Numbered from the whole stretch's first letter, positions 49,783 to 60,204 are shown. The stretch is 60,204 bases of DNA, filler included, from 3 parts of 3 records of this genome joined end to end with filler, not necessarily neighbours in it; one strand, 5' to 3'. Made by a program: numbers and translations. The notes: a model not told the origin generated them from the letters alone.

Positions 49783-50874
49783 TCACCCCACAATCGTAAT
49801 CTTCTCGGCCGCCCGCGTGATCCCGGTATAGAGCCAGCGCGCCCGTTCCTCGCGGAACACGAAGCTCTCGTCGAACAGATAGACATTGTCCCACTGGCTG
49901 CCCTGCGCCTTGTGGACGGTGAGGCAATAGCCGAAGGTGAACTCGTCGAACTGGCGGCGCTCGGGCCAGCTCATGGCGTCCTCCTCGCCCGAAAAGAACG
50001 CCTTGTGGGTCAACACCCGCGTTTCGCCCTTGCCCTCGTCATCGGCGAGCAGCAGGCTCCATTTGCCGTTGGAACGCCGCGTCGTGTCGGTGACGATCCA
50101 GATCTGCCCGTTGAGCAGGCGTTTGCGCGGATTGTTGCGCAGGCACACCATGCGGTCGCCCACCACCGGCTCGTGGAACGGCAGGCCCTTCAGCTCACGC
50201 AGCCGGTCATTATAGGTCAGCCGCGTCTTGTTGCGGCCCACCAGCACCTGGTCGGCCTCGAGCACCGCATCGCGGTCCACAGAATCGCGCGCTACCACCA
50301 TCGACTCGCCATAGCGGCCATGTTCGAGATAGCCGCCCTCGCGCACCGCCATGGACAGCTGGATGATCGGATTATCCGCCGCCTGCCGATGGATTTCGGT
50401 CAGCATGATGTCGGGCTCGGTATTGATGAAAAACCCCGCGCCCTGCACCGGCGGCAATTGGAACGGATCGCCCAGCACAAGGATCTTGACCCCGAAGGAC
50501 AAGAGGTCAGTACCCAATTGCTCGTCCACCATGGAGACTTCATCGATGACGATGAGGTCGGCGTCGGCCGCCGGACTTTCGGGATCGAGCACGAAGCGCG
50601 GCTCCCCCTCCTTTTCCGAGACCAGCGTATAGATCAGGCTATGGATGGTCTGCGCGCCCTTGCAGCCCCGCTTGCGCATGACCAGCGCCGCCTTGCCGGT
50701 GAAGGCGGCATATTTGACGCTGCGCACATCCTGCGCCAGATGCACCGCCAGGGTCGATTTGCCGGTGCCCGCCCAGCCGAACAGGCGAAACACCTGCGGC
50801 CCATCGCGGTCCTTCAGCCAGGCCGAAACCGCGACCAGCGCCGCATCCTGCTGGCTCGACCAGACCGGCGGCAT
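49783..50874 (-). CDS. Compact RecD/Dda-like SF1B DNA helicase
   Basis: Walker A GWAGTGKS, Walker B VIDEVSMV, GDPFQLPPV, LTEIHRQ, LTVHKAQGSQW, YTGITRA; start at ATG 50874. Confidence 0.9.
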   Translation of the reverse strand: MPPVWSSQQDAALVAVSAWLKDRDGPQVFRLFGWAGTGKSTLAVHLAQDVRSVKYAAFTGKAALVMRKRGCKGAQTIHSLIYTLVSEKEGEPRFVLDPESPAADADLIVIDEVSMVDEQLGTDLLSFGVKILVLGDPFQLPPVQGAGFFINTEPDIMLTEIHRQAADNPIIQLSMAVREGGYLEHGRYGESMVVARDSVDRDAVLEADQVLVGRNKTRLTYNDRLRELKGLPFHEPVVGDRMVCLRNNPRKRLLNGQIWIVTDTTRRSNGKWSLLLADDEGKGETRVLTHKAFFSGEEDAMSWPERRQFDEFTFGYCLTVHKAQGSQWDNVYLFDESFVFREERARWLYTGITRAAEKITIVG

Positions 50875-51549
50875 CAGCCGATCACCGTCGAGACCGTACC
50901 CACGCCCTCGATATGGCCTTCCAGCACATCGCGCCGCCGCACCGGGCTGACCCCGGCCGGTGTGCCGGTCAGGATCAGATCCCCGGCCCGCAATGTCACC
51001 AGGCGGCTGAGATAGGCAATGGTCTCGGACACGCTCCAGATCTGGTCGCCCAGGTCGCCCCTTTGCCGCTCGGCGCCATTGACCGAGAGGGTAATTGCCC
51101 CTGTTTTCGGATGGCCGATGGCCTTGGCCGGCGCAATGGTGCCGACCGGCGCGGATTGGTCGAAGCCCTTGGCCATGCTCCACGGGCGCCCGGCCTTCTT
51201 GGCCTGGGCCTGCAGATCGCGCCTTGTCATGTCGAGCCCGGCGGCATAGCCGAAGACGTGCTCGAGCGCCCCATGCTCGCCAATATTGGCGCCATCCCTG
51301 CCGATGGCCACCACCAGCTCGATCTCGTGCTGCAGATCCTGGGTCTGCGGCGGATAGGCGATGGGCGCGCCATCGATCACCACCGCATCGGCCGGCTTGG
51401 CAAAAAAGAACGGTGGCTCGCGCGCATCATTACCCATTTCCCTTATGTGCTCGGCATAATTGCGGCCCACGCAATACACCCGTCGCACCGGAAACAATCC
51501 GCCCCCGGCCACCGGGATCAGCACCGGCCGCGGCGCCGGAAAAACCAGA

Positions 51550-51557
<8 letters not shown>
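50874..51557 (-). CDS. Fumarylacetoacetate hydrolase family protein
   Basis: Motifs RRVYCVGRNYAEH, FFAKP, HEIEL, DMTRRDLQ, AKGFD, GDLILTGTPAGV. Confidence 0.94.
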
Positions 51558-52611
<1,054 letters not shown>

Positions 52612-52742
52612 GGATTCCTCCTTTGTTCCGGCAGAGACAGGACTAAAGGGGGGAAGGATTGGGGTCAATCTTGGTCTTTGCCAACACCTTGTCGCAGCAG
52701 TGGCAAAGCCGCTATGGATAACCTCAAGAGCAGGGGTCAGGC

Positions 52743-53117
52743 ATGGCGGCACCACAAGCATCAACACCGGTCGTCGCCCGCTGCCATTGCGGCGCAGTTA
52801 CATTGACCCTCGACGCGCCTCCCGCCCAGATTACCCATTGCAATTGCGGCCTCTGCCGCAGCTATGGTGTGCTCTGGGCCTACTACGCCAAGGCCGACGT
52901 TCAGATTGATGCCGGTACGCCCACCCAGAGCTATGCCTGGAACGGCAAGAATGTCGATTTTCACCGCTGCGCCAATTGCGGCTGCGTCACCCATTGGTGG
53001 CCGCGCAAGGACAGTCGCGATCGCATCGGCATCAATGTGCGCCTGCTCGACCCGGGCCTGATCGAGGCCGCCACTCTTGTCCGCAAGGATGTGGCCGGCA
53101 GCGGCCTGTTTCACTGA
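52743..53117 (+). CDS. GFA (CENP-V) family protein
   Basis: Zinc motifs CHCG, HCNCGLCR, CANCGC. Confidence 0.9.
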   Translation: MAAPQASTPVVARCHCGAVTLTLDAPPAQITHCNCGLCRSYGVLWAYYAKADVQIDAGTPTQSYAWNGKNVDFHRCANCGCVTHWWPRKDSRDRIGINVRLLDPGLIEAATLVRKDVAGSGLFH

Positions 53118-53134
53118 GAGCAGAAAGCCCATCC

Positions 53135-54007
53135 GTGCGGCCCACTTCCATCCTCGTTCCCGTCCTGCTCGTCACCCTGGGCATGGTCTTTACCCAGACC
53201 GGGGCCAGCTTTGCCAAAATGCTGTTTCCGCTGGTGGGCGCGGGGGGCGCCACCGCGCTCCGGCTGACCCTGGCCGCATTGGTGCTGATCGCCGTCTTCC
53301 GCCCCTGGCGCTTTTCGCTGGGCCCCAGGCAATGGCGCGCCGTGCTGCTCTATGGCGGGGCCATGGGGGCCATGAACCTCTTCTTCTACGCCGCGCTTGA
53401 ACACATTCCGCTCGGCATTGCCGTGGCGCTTGAATTCACCGGTCCGCTGGCCGTGGCGCTGTTCGGCGCCAGAAAGCTGGTCGATATCCTCTGGATCGTG
53501 CTGGCCGTGGCGGGCTTTGCCCTCTTGCTGCCCTGGACCCAGACCGGCGGGGACATTTCCCCCATTGGTGTCGTCCTGGCCTTGTGTGCCGGCGCCTGTT
53601 GGGCCGGCTACATCATCTTCGGACAGCGCGCTGGCATAGGGGGTGGCGCCCATATCGCTGCGCTCGGCGTCGGGACTGCCGCACTGATCGCCGTGCCGTT
53701 CGGGGTGGCCACGGCCGGCGCCAGCCTGCTCGATCCGGCGCTCCTGCCGCTGGGGTTGGCCGTGGCGCTAATGTCGAGCGCCATCCCCTATGCACTCGAC
53801 ATGGTGGCGCTGCCCCATATGCCCTCGCGCCTGTTCGGCATTCTGATGAGCGGGCAACCGGCATTGGCCGCGCTCTCGGGCCTCGTCATTTTGCATGAGA
53901 CCATCGGTCCGGTGCAGCTTGCCGGCATGGGAGCGATCATGCTCGCCTCCGTCGGGGCGACCCTGACCATTGCCCGGCAAACGCCCCCGCCTCTGCCCGA
54001 TCCATGA
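53135..54007 (+). CDS. EamA/DMT transporter (RhtA-like)
   Basis: Motifs QTGASFAK, MNLFFY, IPLGIAVALEFTGPL, CWAGYI, SSAIPY; GTG start inferred. Confidence 0.9.
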   Translation: MRPTSILVPVLLVTLGMVFTQTGASFAKMLFPLVGAGGATALRLTLAALVLIAVFRPWRFSLGPRQWRAVLLYGGAMGAMNLFFYAALEHIPLGIAVALEFTGPLAVALFGARKLVDILWIVLAVAGFALLLPWTQTGGDISPIGVVLALCAGACWAGYIIFGQRAGIGGGAHIAALGVGTAALIAVPFGVATAGASLLDPALLPLGLAVALMSSAIPYALDMVALPHMPSRLFGILMSGQPALAALSGLVILHETIGPVQLAGMGAIMLASVGATLTIARQTPPPLPDP

Positions 54008-54070
54008 CGTCTTGGAATTGCCGCGCTGGCTTGGCATAGTCCCCCTTCATTGCGTGATGAGGGACCCCAA

Positions 54071-54472
54071 ATGCTCTACGCCGTTCTCTGCTATAATGAG
54101 GAAAACGTCGTTTCCACCTGGACCAAGGAAGAAGACGACGCCTGCATGGCGCGTCTGATGAACGTCCAGACGGACCTGGCGACAAAGGGCAAGCTGGGGC
54201 CGGTCGTCCGGCTCTGGAATACCGACGAGGCCAAGACACTCAAAAAAGCCAATGGCGAGCCCACTGTTTTCGACGGCCCCTTTGCCGAAACCAAGGAACA
54301 ATTCCTCGGTTTCTACGTCGCCGATTGCGAAACCATGGACGACGCGCTCGACTTTGCCCGCGAACTGGCCAAGGCCAATCCCGGCACCGGCTCCTATGAA
54401 ATCCGGCCGCTGCGCTTTTTCGGCGACAACAAGCTGGCCAGCACCGAAATGCTAAACGTCGCCGCTGAGTAA
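54071..54472 (+). CDS. YciI family (DGPF-motif) protein
   Basis: Motifs DGPFAETKEQFLGFY, YEIRP. Confidence 0.9.
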   Translation: MLYAVLCYNEENVVSTWTKEEDDACMARLMNVQTDLATKGKLGPVVRLWNTDEAKTLKKANGEPTVFDGPFAETKEQFLGFYVADCETMDDALDFARELAKANPGTGSYEIRPLRFFGDNKLASTEMLNVAAE

Positions 54473-55306
54473 GAGATTGTCGATCAGCCTCGTCGTGCCC
54501 AGATGCGCGGCGACGGCCAAGAGCGCCCCGCGCGCGCCCACCCTGGCGATGGCCCCGAGACTTTCGGGGTCCCGCACCTCCCAATACTGCACCTTGATCC
54601 GGTCTGATTGCGCCAGCACGGCCATGCCGATTTCGGCCAGCTTTTCGGCGTCATGTTCACCTGCCGCAAAGGCGGCCCGGACCGTTTGAAGACTCTTGTA
54701 AATGAGCGGCGCCGCATCGCGATCCGCCGCCGAGAGGTAGACATTGCGTGAACTCAGCGCCAACCCGTCCACCTCGCGCACGATCGGCCCGCGCAGGATC
54801 TCGACCGGCACGTCGAGATCGCGCACCATGCGCTCAAGCACGGCGCATTGCTGCGCATCCTTCTGCCCGAACACCGCCACATGCGGCTGCACCAGGTTGA
54901 ACAGCTTCAGCACCACCGTCGTGACGCCCCGGAAATGCCCCGGCCGTTCAGCGCCGCACAGCGGCCCGGAGACCATGGTTTCCTCGACCAGTGTCGATGC
55001 GCCTGCCGGATACATGTCCTCAACCGAAGGCAGGAACAGCGCATCGACGCCGGCGGCTTCGAGCTTTTCGATATCGGCCTCAATGGGGCGCGGATAACGC
55101 GAGAGATCCTCGTTTGGCCCGAATTGCAGCGGATTGACGAAAATCGAGGCGATGACCACATCGGCGGTCGCGCGCGCCTGCGCCATCAGGCTCATATGCC
55201 CTTCATGCAAGGCGCCCATGGTCGGCACGAACCCCAGGCGCGTGCCCTCGGTCAATTTGGCGCGCCAGGCCCGAAGGCTCACCTTGTCCCGCAGGATGAG
55301 CGTCAT
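54452..55306 (-). CDS. panC: Pantoate-beta-alanine ligase
   Basis: Motifs GFVPTMGALHEGH, SIFVNPLQF, RPGHFRGV, FGQKDAQQ, GLALSSRN, RLIDN. Confidence 0.97.
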   Translation of the reverse strand: MTLILRDKVSLRAWRAKLTEGTRLGFVPTMGALHEGHMSLMAQARATADVVIASIFVNPLQFGPNEDLSRYPRPIEADIEKLEAAGVDALFLPSVEDMYPAGASTLVEETMVSGPLCGAERPGHFRGVTTVVLKLFNLVQPHVAVFGQKDAQQCAVLERMVRDLDVPVEILRGPIVREVDGLALSSRNVYLSAADRDAAPLIYKSLQTVRAAFAAGEHDAEKLAEIGMAVLAQSDRIKVQYWEVRDPESLGAIARVGARGALLAVAAHLGTTRLIDNLLLSGDV

Positions 55307-56511
55307 GCAAGAAGGTCCCAGATCTGCCGGGCGATATCGGGTTTGGGCCCAAGCGCCAGTTCATGCCGTCCGCCCTTGGCCGAGAGCAGCACGCCGGCAT
55401 TGGTGTTGACCGCAAAGCCGGTCTGTCCATTGGCGCCCAACTTGCTCACCGCATTGGCAAAGAGATAATCGAGCCCCTTGGCCTTGAGCTTGCCCGCGCC
55501 GTGCTCTTCGACATTGTCGGTCTCGGCCGCAAAGCCGAGAAACCACTGACCGGATGCGGCCTGCTTGAGGCTACCCAGCACATCGGTGGAAGGCACCAGA
55601 TCCAGCGCGATGGCATCGGACGCGCGCTTGAGCTTGCTGGCCGAAGGCGCAGCCACTTCATAGTCCATCACCGCCGCCGTCGCGACGACGCCCGTGGCCT
55701 GTGGCAATTTCTCCAGCGCCGCCGCCGCCATCTCCTCGGCGGTCCGCACTTCGACCAGATGCAACCGGCCTTCCGACCCGCGCGGCGGCACGGGGCGCAC
55801 CACGCCCTTGTCGACCCCCAGCACATAATCGACCACCGCGCCGCGCCGAAGCGCTTCCTCGGCCATGGCCGCGCCCATGCGGCCGGTCGAATGATTGGTG
55901 ATATAGCGCACCGCATCGATCGCCGTCGTCGTCGGCCCCGCCGTGATCAATATCCGTTCATCTTTGAGGTCCTGGACCGGCGGCATGACCGCCGCCTCGA
56001 TGGCTGCAACAATGCTGGCCACCGGCGCCAGCTTGCCCATGCCGACTTCACCGCAGGCCAGCAGACCAGAGCCCGGCGGCACCACTGCCGCACCGCGCTC
56101 CACCAGCGTCCGCAAATGCTGCTGCACAATAGGTTTGTCCCACATCACCGTATTCATCGCCGGCGCAATCAGGATCGGCGCCTCGGTGGCCAGCGCCACC
56201 GTCGAGGGCAGATCGTCAGCCAGCCCCAAAGCCAATCGCGCCAGCATGTTGGCGCTGGCCGGGGCAAACACCATCAGATCCGCCCAGCGGGCAAAATCGA
56301 TATGTTCGGTCCCCGACACATCGGGCCCGAACTGCTCGAACCGCGCCTTGCGGCCGGAAAGGGTTTCCAGCACCAGCGGCGAAACAAACTCTGTCGCGCT
56401 TCTGGTAAGAAGGCACTGCACCTGTTGTCCGGCCTTGCCCAGCTCGCTGACCACATCGGCGATTTTGTAGGCCGAAATCGAGCCGGAAATGGCGATCAGA
56501 ATTTTTGCCAT
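55303..56511 (-). CDS. coaBC: Bifunctional phosphopantothenoylcysteine decarboxylase/synthetase
   Basis: CoaC motifs ISGSISAYK, HIDFARWAD, APAMN, LACGEVGMGKL; CoaB motifs ITAGPT, DAVRYITNHSTGRMG, GFAAET; start at ATG 56511. Confidence 0.93.
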   Translation of the reverse strand: MAKILIAISGSISAYKIADVVSELGKAGQQVQCLLTRSATEFVSPLVLETLSGRKARFEQFGPDVSGTEHIDFARWADLMVFAPASANMLARLALGLADDLPSTVALATEAPILIAPAMNTVMWDKPIVQQHLRTLVERGAAVVPPGSGLLACGEVGMGKLAPVASIVAAIEAAVMPPVQDLKDERILITAGPTTTAIDAVRYITNHSTGRMGAAMAEEALRRGAVVDYVLGVDKGVVRPVPPRGSEGRLHLVEVRTAEEMAAAALEKLPQATGVVATAAVMDYEVAAPSASKLKRASDAIALDLVPSTDVLGSLKQAASGQWFLGFAAETDNVEEHGAGKLKAKGLDYLFANAVSKLGANGQTGFAVNTNAGVLLSAKGGRHELALGPKPDIARQIWDLLA

Positions 56512-56513
56512 GC

Positions 56514-57332
56514 TCAATCGGCCCTGAGCACGAGCGGGATGGGTCCGCGCTTCGCCTTGGTCTCGGCAACATAATCGCCGACGGCCGTCCGGATCACCGA
56601 GGCGACATCGGCGCGCGGCTTGGCAAAGCTGGGCGGCGGGGTGATGTTGAGCCCGATCAGATCGTTGATCACCAGCACCTGTCCCGCGCAATCCTTGCCC
56701 GAACCAATGCCGATGGTGGGAATGGTCAGGCTGTGGGTGATCTCGGCAGCCAGCGCCGGGGTGACGCATTCAAGCACGATGGCAAAGGCCCCCGCCGCTT
56801 CGAGCGCCAGGGCTTCTGCGCGCAAGCGCGCGGCCGAAGCCTCGTCCTTGCCATGCATGTAATAGCCGCCCATCTGGTGCACATGCTGCGGGGTGAGGCC
56901 AATATGGGCGACCACGGCAATGCCATGGGCCACCAGCTTCTCCACCGCCGGCACCATGGCCAGGCCACCCTCGAGCTTGACCGCCTCGACCCCGGTTTCC
57001 TTGAGCACCCGCACCGCATTGACCAGCGTGGTATCCGGATCGGTCACTGCGCCGAAGGGGAGATCGCAGACCAGCAGCGCGCGCTGCGAGCCGCGCTTGA
57101 CCGCAGCCGCATGGCGGATCATGTCGTCCAGTGTCACCGGCAGCGTGGTTTCATGGCCGAGCACCACATTGCCCAGGCTGTCACCGATCAGGATCATGTC
57201 GGCGCCCGACATGTCGACCAAGGCGGCCATGGTGGCATCATAGGCCGTGAGCATGGCCACCGCCTCGCCGCGCCGCCGCATGGCGGCAATGTCGCGGATG
57301 GTCAGGCGTTTTGAGGGGGTCTGGGCTGACAT
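56514..57332 (-). CDS. panB: 3-methyl-2-oxobutanoate hydroxymethyltransferase
   Basis: Motifs MLTAYD, LIGDSLG, AVKLEGG, HIGLTPQ, TIGIGSG, GQVLV; GGAGGAG RBS before ATG 57332. Confidence 0.97.
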   Translation of the reverse strand: MSAQTPSKRLTIRDIAAMRRRGEAVAMLTAYDATMAALVDMSGADMILIGDSLGNVVLGHETTLPVTLDDMIRHAAAVKRGSQRALLVCDLPFGAVTDPDTTLVNAVRVLKETGVEAVKLEGGLAMVPAVEKLVAHGIAVVAHIGLTPQHVHQMGGYYMHGKDEASAARLRAEALALEAAGAFAIVLECVTPALAAEITHSLTIPTIGIGSGKDCAGQVLVINDLIGLNITPPPSFAKPRADVASVIRTAVGDYVAETKAKRGPIPLVLRAD

Positions 57333-57352
57333 GGCAGCACTCCTCCAACCCT

Positions 57353-57375
57353 GCCCGGTCCAATATGGTCCGGGC
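57353..57375 (-). promoter_or_regulatory. Leader hairpin upstream of the panB RBS; candidate cis-regulatory RNA
   Basis: mRNA GCCCGG-A-CCA-UAU-UGG-A-CCGGGC, ending 6 nt before the SD. Confidence 0.45.
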
Positions 57376-57443
57376 TTTTGTGGGGGAGATAGGCCAAACA
57401 GGCGCAAGGCGCCAGCCCTTCATTGGTGCTATGCGCTGGGCGC

Positions 57444-58004
57444 TCAGCGGCGCGAGGACCCTATGCCGGCCCGGACTTCACGCCACTCCCCCGGCGCAAT
57501 CCCCTCCAGCGTCCAGTCGGCGACGCGCCAGCGCACCAGTCTCAGCGTCGGCAGGCCGACCGCCGCTGTCATCCGCCGCACCTGCCGATTGCGCCCTTCG
57601 GTGATGCTCAATTCGATCCAGTGATCGGGCACGCTCTTGCGGAACCGCACCGGCGGATCGCGCGGCCAGAGATCGGGCGGCGCGATCAGCTTCGCCCTGG
57701 CCGGCCGCGTCGGACCGTCCTTGAGCGTGACACCCTTGCGCAATTGCGCCAGCGCGGCCTCGCCCGGCTCGCCCTCGACCTGCACCAGATAGGTCTTTTC
57801 CTTTTTGAATTTGGGCGAGGTGATCTGCGCCTGCAGCTTGCCGTCATCGGTCAGCAGCAACAGCCCCTCACTATCCTTGTCCAGCCGCCCGGCCGGATAG
57901 ACGCCCTTCACCGCGACGAAATCGGCCAGCGTCTCACCAGGCCCACCCCCGGTGAACTGCGACAGCACCCCATAGGGCTTGTTGAAAAGGATCAGGCGCG
58001 CCAT
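57444..58004 (-). CDS. RsuA-family pseudouridine synthase (RluE-like)
   Basis: Motifs [41 protein letters not shown]. Confidence 0.92.
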   Translation of the reverse strand: MARLILFNKPYGVLSQFTGGGPGETLADFVAVKGVYPAGRLDKDSEGLLLLTDDGKLQAQITSPKFKKEKTYLVQVEGEPGEAALAQLRKGVTLKDGPTRPARAKLIAPPDLWPRDPPVRFRKSVPDHWIELSITEGRNRQVRRMTAAVGLPTLRLVRWRVADWTLEGIAPGEWREVRAGIGSSRR

Positions 58005-58085
58005 CGAAACCAAATTACGTAATCAAGCAGTCCCGGTCCGGCATGGCGGCCGGAGGGATCAAAGTCAACGTCATCAAAGGAAAAC

Positions 58086-58175
58086 TGGCGGAGAGAGAGG
58101 GATTCGAACCCCCGATAGAGTTGCCCCTATGCCGCATTTCGAGTGCGGTGCATTCAACCGCTCTGCCATCTCTCC
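58086..58175 (-). tRNA. tRNA-Ser (anticodon CGA)
   Basis: 90 nt; acceptor stem GGAGAGA/TCTCTCC; anticodon arm CCGCA-CTCGAAA-TGCGG; long variable arm; GGTTCGAATCC; GCCA end. Confidence 0.97.
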
Positions 58176-58379
58176 GCGAGATCGAAACGCCCCGGATGGG
58201 CGCGGCTGGTCGATACGGGGCGGCTTATGACATAGCCTTGTCACGCCTGCAACACCTCTTATGCGTGCTTTGAACGACAAGGCCGGCCTCGCGCATCGCT
58301 CACAATTGCGTGCAGTGCGATCCAGCGCCGCATTGTGCCGTTAGTCTTTGCGTCCATTACACAGAACGGGAGACACTTC

Positions 58380-59153
58380 ATGGTTACGCGCCGTATCGTC
58401 GTTGCCGGCATGGCCGGCTTGCCCTTCGCCGGCATTGCCGCCAATCTTGCCGCCAGTGCTGCTCACGCTCAGGAGATGCCCATGGCCGACACGCTTCCCA
58501 CCAGTGCCGGCGATCTGATCATCCACCCGATCGATCACGCCAGCCTCGTGCTCGAATTCGATGGCAAGGCGATCTATGTCGACCCGGTCGGCGGTGCCGA
58601 GCTTTATGCATCCCTGCCGGCCCCCTCCGCCATTCTGATCACCCACGGGCACGGCGACCATTTCGATGTGCCCACGCTCGAGGCCATTGCCGGCGACGCG
58701 CCGCTGATCACCAATGCCGATGTGCATTCCAAGCTGCCCGAGGCCCTGATGGCCAATGCCACGGCCATGGCCAATGGCGAGGATGGCAGCATTCTCGATA
58801 TTCCGATCCGGGCCATTGCCGCGCACAACACCACTGAGGACCGCATGAATTATCACCCGGTGGGCGTGGGCAATGGCTATGTGCTGAGCTTTGGGGACAA
58901 ACAGGTCTATGTGGCTGGCGACACCGAACCGACCGAGGACATGCTGGGCCTGAGCGACATTGCCGTCGCCTTCCTGCCCATGAACCTGCCTTTTACCATG
59001 ACGCCCGAACAGGCGGTCGAGGCCATCAACACCTTCATGCCGGCCATTATCTATCCCTACCACTATGGCGAGAGCGATCTGAGCCCGCTCGAAACCGATG
59101 TGGCCGAAGGTGTCGAGGTGCGCCTGCGCAACTGGTATCCCAACCAGGCCTGA
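58380..59153 (+). CDS. MBL-fold metallo-hydrolase with probable Tat signal peptide
   Basis: TRR-x-VV...AHA signal; IYVDP, THGHGDHFD, AGDT, YPYHY. Confidence 0.88.
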   Translation: MVTRRIVVAGMAGLPFAGIAANLAASAAHAQEMPMADTLPTSAGDLIIHPIDHASLVLEFDGKAIYVDPVGGAELYASLPAPSAILITHGHGDHFDVPTLEAIAGDAPLITNADVHSKLPEALMANATAMANGEDGSILDIPIRAIAAHNTTEDRMNYHPVGVGNGYVLSFGDKQVYVAGDTEPTEDMLGLSDIAVAFLPMNLPFTMTPEQAVEAINTFMPAIIYPYHYGESDLSPLETDVAEGVEVRLRNWYPNQA

Positions 59154-59391
59154 TCCGGCCTTTTGACGCCAAGCAAATGGCTTGACTCTTGGGGGTTTTG
59201 CCCCGATAAGCCCACCAATCTGCGCACTGGTCCGTCCGGTGCGCTGGTTTTTGTTTGAAACGCTGCTCGAGGCTGCCGGCCGAATTTCGGCCCAGACTAT
59301 ACGAAAAGCCCGCGGAAACAGGCATGCAACCGCGGCGCCGCAGAGCGCGACAGAAAAAGGGACCACGTGAGAAAACCACGTGGCTGACTGA

Positions 59392-60063
59392 ATGACTTTT
59401 GCCGTTATCAAGACGGGCGGGAAGCAGTACAAGGTTGCTGCTGACGACGTCATCAAGATCGAAAAGCTCGATGCCCAGGCTGGTGACATTGTCACCTTTG
59501 ACCAGGTCCTCATGGTTGGCGACACCATTGGTGCGCCCCTGGTGGAAGGCGCCCTGGTGGCCGCCGAGCTGCTCGAAACCAAGAAGCAGAAGACCGTCAT
59601 CGTCTTCAAGAAGCGCCGCCGCCACAATTCGCGCCGCCGCAATGGTCATCGTCAGCTTCTGACCACCGTGCGCATCACCGAAATCCTGACCGGCGGCAAG
59701 AAGCCCTCCGTCAAGGCTGCCGCCAAGGCCGACCAGAGCGAAGCCGTTGCTGAAAAGCCGGCCAAGAAAGCCGAAGCAAAGGCTGCCCCCAAGGCCGCTG
59801 CCCCCAAGGCAGATGCCGCGCCGGCCGCCGAGTTCAAGGACGACGTCAAGCTGATCGGTGGCGTTGGCCCCGCGCTGGAAAAGAAGCTGGCTGCCGCCGG
59901 CATCACCAGCCTCAAGCAGATTGCCGACTGGACTGCCGAAGACGTGGCCAAGTTCGACGAAGAGTTGAACTTCAAGGGCCGTATCGAACGCGAAGAGTGG
60001 ATCGCGCAGGCCAAGGATCTCATCGCCGGCAAGGCGCCCCGCGCCAAGGCCGACAAGGAATAA
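59392..60063 (+). CDS. rplU: 50S ribosomal protein bL21 with Ala/Lys linker and C-terminal HhH-like domain
   Basis: Motifs [30 protein letters not shown]; tail [11 protein letters not shown]...[14 protein letters not shown]. Confidence 0.97.
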   Translation: MTFAVIKTGGKQYKVAADDVIKIEKLDAQAGDIVTFDQVLMVGDTIGAPLVEGALVAAELLETKKQKTVIVFKKRRRHNSRRRNGHRQLLTTVRITEILTGGKKPSVKAAAKADQSEAVAEKPAKKAEAKAAPKAAAPKADAAPAAEFKDDVKLIGGVGPALEKKLAAAGITSLKQIADWTAEDVAKFDEELNFKGRIEREEWIAQAKDLIAGKAPRAKADKE

Positions 60064-60075
60064 GGACAAAGAACC

Positions 60076-60204
60076 ATGGCACATAAGAAAGCAGGCGGCT
60101 CATCCCGCAACGGTCGCGATACCGCTGGCCGTCGTCTCGGCGTCAAGAAGTTCGGTGGTGAAGCTGTCATCGCCGGCAACATCATCGTGCGTCAGCGCGG
60201 CACC
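60076..60204 (+). CDS. rpmA: 50S ribosomal protein bL27 (partial, runs off the window)
   Basis: Translates [28 protein letters not shown]...IIVRQRGT directly after rplU. Confidence 0.97.
   Translation, partial: MAHKKAGGSSRNGRDTAGRRLGVKKFGGEAVIAGNIIVRQRGT

Noticed and set aside
47189-51015. Long plus-strand ORFs (439, 385, 311 and 422 aa)
   Set aside because: Antisense shadows of ybaL and the helicase caused by high-GC codon bias; no recognisable motifs
55363-57314. Plus-strand ORFs of 403 and 269 aa
   Set aside because: Antisense shadows of coaBC and panB
57444-58175. Recent genomic island integrated at tRNA-Ser(CGA)
   Set aside because: No integrase and no duplicated tRNA 3' end seen downstream within contig C
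58341-60185. Minus-strand ORFs of 433, 345 and 177 aa
   Set aside because: Antisense to the MBL hydrolase and the strongly codon-biased rplU-rpmA; no domain signal

Overview
This window is not one locus. It is three unrelated bacterial contigs joined by two artificial 100-nt spacers (N44-TTAATTAATTAA-N44 at 16253-16352 and 46558-46657). Contig A (1-16252) is gammaproteobacterial core chromosome with Pseudomonas/Cellvibrionales-type gene order: folA-thyA-lgt, rppH-ptsP, gcvH, a Fur-boxed Fe3+ ABC pair, pepP-ubiH-ubiI and zapA. It ends inside the 6S RNA gene. Contig B (16353-46557) is alphaproteobacterial (Kordiimonas-like by inference): an RND efflux pair, two orphan PleC/DivJ-type kinases, purD, xseA, pmbA, a TIR-TM-TPR-like protein, ubiD and a complete five-step hut locus with a HutC operator. 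It ends exactly at the CCA of tRNA-Ser(GCT). Contig C (46658-60204) is a higher-GC alphaproteobacterium (Devosia/Hyphomicrobiales-like by inference): Rrf2 regulator, YbaL-type antiporter, RecD-like helicase, panB-coaBC-panC, tRNA-Ser(CGA) and rplU-rpmA. No CRISPR array, transposase, integrase or phage gene is visible. The best candidates for undescribed biology are: a single-pass Toll-receptor-like TIR/TPR protein; the panB-coaBC-panC operon and its leader hairpin; a dense palindrome array upstream of the RND operon; and two contig ends at structural-RNA 3' regions that may be integration sites. Taxonomy and family calls come from recognising sequences by eye, not from database searches.
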